From the human T2T-CHM13v2.0 reference genome, Homo sapiens: a stretch of DNA of 64,000 nucleotides. The notes under the pieces are model-generated. The model was given only the letters and a program-made list of their open reading frames with translations. It was not told the DNA's origin and did not search any database. The translations under genes and the position numbers were made by a program. The stretch is from the NCBI RefSeq assembly GCF_009914755.1, contig NC_060932.1; one strand, given 5' to 3'. This document shows positions 60,600 through 64,000 of the stretch, piece by piece; within the stretch, counting starts at the first letter, position 1, and each line of letters begins with the position of its first letter.

Positions 60600-60870
60600 T
60601 TTCACTATAGAAAACATTTATGCTTTACCATGGGTTAGGCACTTTGACAAGCATTTGACAAGGCTTTAATCCTCAAAACCACTTTCTGATTTGAGCATTT
60701 TTATTATTGCTTTCATTTGCATTTTTATTATTGCTTTCATTTGCATTTTGCAATAAAACTGAGTTTTCAGGAAGCTAAATTTAAATCACACTGGTGGTAA
60801 GAAACAATGATTGAGACAGGACTCAAAAATGATTCCACCTGACTCCAAAGCTCCTGCTTTGAAAGTCACC
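60600..60870 (-). mobile_element. MIR containing a 24-bp tandem duplication
   Basis: tttaatcctcaaaacc..aaaactgag..gactccaaagctcctgc. Confidence 0.7.
60695..60749. repeat. Perfect 24-bp tandem duplication (2.3 copies)
   Basis: gcatttttattattgctttcattt x2 followed by gcatttt. Confidence 0.97.
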
Positions 60871-61199
60871 TGGGTTTTTTTGCATTCTTCTTCCACTCTT
60901 AAATTTGTATAATTTTTATAATAACTAGTTCTGTATTAATTATTGGCTTGGGTACTACTTTAAAATTCACTAAGAAATTATTTTGATGGGTCAGATAAAC
61001 AAGGGCCAAAAGAAAAAGCAAAGATGGGGAAACCAATGGGATTGTAGAAGAAGAGACTTGAGTATCCCCGAAGGATGTTTTTGCAGACATTGTCACACAC
61101 CTACTCAGGGCCCAGAATACCTTTCTTTCTTCCAAACAGAAAGTGGATTTTGTTCTGAATATTAGTATGCCCACTCTTAGAAAATTAACCATTGTCTAA

Positions 61200-61541
61200 G
61201 CCAATCATTAACATCGAACGCTCTATTTTCCTTGCCACTAGATTAGCCATGGTTTAAGTTTTAGCCTGGGAAATATCTGAAGACATCTTCAGTTATTTAG
61301 ATATTTAGCATCATGGCTCTCCTTTTCCACTCTCTGAACCCAAATACAGCAATGATGGCTGAAGCTGTAGTAATCACCCAAGCCCATTAAAGAAAAAATG
61401 AGTAAATTACAGTTGAACCCTGACATAATTGAGCGACTAAACTAGTCCTACTGAACTAGTACCTTCTTGTTATGTGAAAAAAAACCCTCATTATTAGTCA
61501 TATTTCCTGTTACTTGAGTCCAGATATATTTCCATCTGATA
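61200..61541 (+). mobile_element. Old MLT1K/L-like LTR
   Basis: atgatggctgaagctgtagt..ccctgacataattgagc..cttcttgttatgtgaaa..tttcctgttacttg. Confidence 0.6.
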
Positions 61542-63739
61542 AAATTACATAGACTATGGATAAATACAAAGAAGTATTGGTAGGATGAAACTTCATAAAT
61601 TAACAACAGCAAAAGATTTATGGTTATTTTAGTTTTTAATGCATTTTATTTTGGTTATTTTCCCTGTCATATTTAAATGGCTTTTTTAGCTGTGGTGATA
61701 TGTTCCTTGAGAGGTAAAAGTTAGCTCTAGAAATGATCCAATGGCATATGTACTCAGCGTCACATTTAGAAATGGAAACTATGCCATAATAAGCACATAG
61801 CTAAATACTTCATAGCACCAAATGATGGCAGAACCAACCAAGGGCTTTGTGGAAAACTGACTTTGGCTCTTCACATTGGTCCAATTCCCTGCTCCCTGTA
61901 GCCTCAGCATGTAACTAGCACAATAAAATTTCAGTGTAATAGACCTAGCTCATAAAGTTTCTATTTCTACCAGGACTTTGCCTAATGTAAAACTAGATGC
62001 CCCAGCCACACATTTGCTATCTGCAAGTGTTAAAATTGTGGTTAAAGCTGAATATTAGCAGCATTTCCCACTTGTGCTGTCATCTGGATTATATAACAAT
62101 GTGTGGATTTTATAAACAGCAACTGCTCATTTTTGCGGTTGGCTTCTTATTGGATGTGCCCCAGAGCCATCTGACTAAATAAGTTGGAGACAACCAGATT
62201 GAGCACAGGGAGCAGTGACATTCCCTGGCACATGCAAAGCCAAATCCTGCAGAAACTGCAGGAACTAGGAAGGTTACTAGAAAAGTCTACATACCTCCAA
62301 GTTATGGCCCAAGTATTACAAAAATATGTGTGAGTTTTCTCGTGGATTAGCTCTGCTTCCTGACAGCATTTCACAAATATTCTACCACACCGTTTTGCTC
62401 CAAGAATACTGAGGGACCATAACACTAAAGCATTTGATAATGGTGTTGTCTAAACATAATTCATTTTTAGATGGTGCATGTCAAGCAATACAAGCACCTG
62501 TCATGTTAAAAATTATTGTTGTACATCTGATTCCCAAAAACAAAACATTTTAACTCTGGCTGATCCATGATCTATTATTTCATGGGATGATGGAATATTT
62601 TAGAGATGATCCTGCTGGGAATCAAAGTGACTATAATTGTCCAAAACTATGCCCCAGAGAAAATTTATAAAGCTTGAAACATGAAAATAATTCACCAGGG
62701 AGATGGAAAATGATGAACAAAGTCACCAAATACTGTAGATGGATAAGATCTTTTGGAAGAACTTATGGAGGTAGAGAATTATAGATGTTAAGAGTGCAAG
62801 ATCCTCCACTCCACTGAAGAGATTGTTCTGATATAAATATACTCTGCATGCCTTCTTGCAAAGCAAAAGAAAAAAGATTTTAAAATATATTGATGATTCA
62901 CTCAGCAACTATTCATTCAGAGAATGTGTGAAAAGAATGGTATTAAGCTGTTTTCATCACTGTTTTTAGCCTGTGGGTCTTCTCATTCAATTGGAAAGTC
63001 AAGGTGCAAACTCATTAAGAGCGACTAACAACATACAAATCAAATGGCAACAAAAGTCAATGAAAAGATATTCCACTGGAGCATGAGATGAAAAGCAAGT
63101 GCACTGATTTAATTAATGAATGCTAATCAATTTTTATTTGATTCATTTGAATAATATTTAGTTCCAGGATTACAATGAGGACTAAGACATGAGGGTCCTC
63201 AGGGGATTTATAGTAGGCAAAAGAGTTGTTTCAGTCAGAATATTTGGGTTGCAATCTTTTTATGTCTATTCCCTGTATCAGAGCTACTTGCCCTTAGTGT
63301 CAAGGTTTTGGATTCCTCATAACATTTGCTTGTCTTGCTCTCTCATAATTCTGACTTTGTACCCATACTCTGTCCTCCTACCCCAATATATCCCAAACTT
63401 GATTCTAATTCATGACTTTTTTGTATACCTTTTTTTTTTTTTTTAACTCTAGTGGCTCCTGCTATCTTATTTCCTCCATGTTACCTATTTAAAATTCCAA
63501 AGAGAAAACAACTGATTGGGCATGGCCATGTTTTCAGGACAGGATACAGCATGGGTTGTTTATATTGTATAAGTTAGCCCCCATTGGATAAGTGCCCTCT
63601 CTGGTCTCAGGGCTTTTGATGGGTCAGACATCATGATAGGCATGGTTAATATAAATGTGGGATGTAAGAGACTGCCAGGACATCCAAGGGCTATTGACTA
63701 GTTCAGGCATTGGGAAACTTTCCATAAAAATCAGATAGT

Positions 63740-64000
<261 letters not shown>

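Overview
Primate (very probably human) AT-rich, non-coding genomic DNA, well over half derived from transposable elements. I found no credible cellular protein-coding exon, tRNA, rRNA or CRISPR array. Every ORF with recognisable homology is a decayed piece of a mobile element (L1 ORF1/ORF2, ERVL pol, Tigger1 transposase, Alu or LTR reading frames). Landmarks: a 3'-truncated, tailless 7SK retropseudogene (30878-31113); a full-length Tigger1 split by an MSTA-type LTR (22613-25381); a MER51 solo LTR with octamer, CCAAT and TATA-like motifs inside an L1PB; five Alus; a young L1PA2-type 3' end; a twin-primed old L1MA; and an approximately 14 kb minus-strand L1 pile-up (36.9-51.1 kb). That pile-up holds a chimeric L1PA15/16-L1PB structure with an internal inversion and a strong CTCF motif with an upstream module. 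Minus-strand L1 bias and scattered strong plus-strand splice signals suggest, but do not prove, an intron or lncRNA transcribed on +. I see no evidence of a new multi-gene system. The best leads are structural and regulatory. Subfamily names are from recalled consensus sequences and need RepeatMasker/Dfam confirmation; boundaries of old repeats are approximate.
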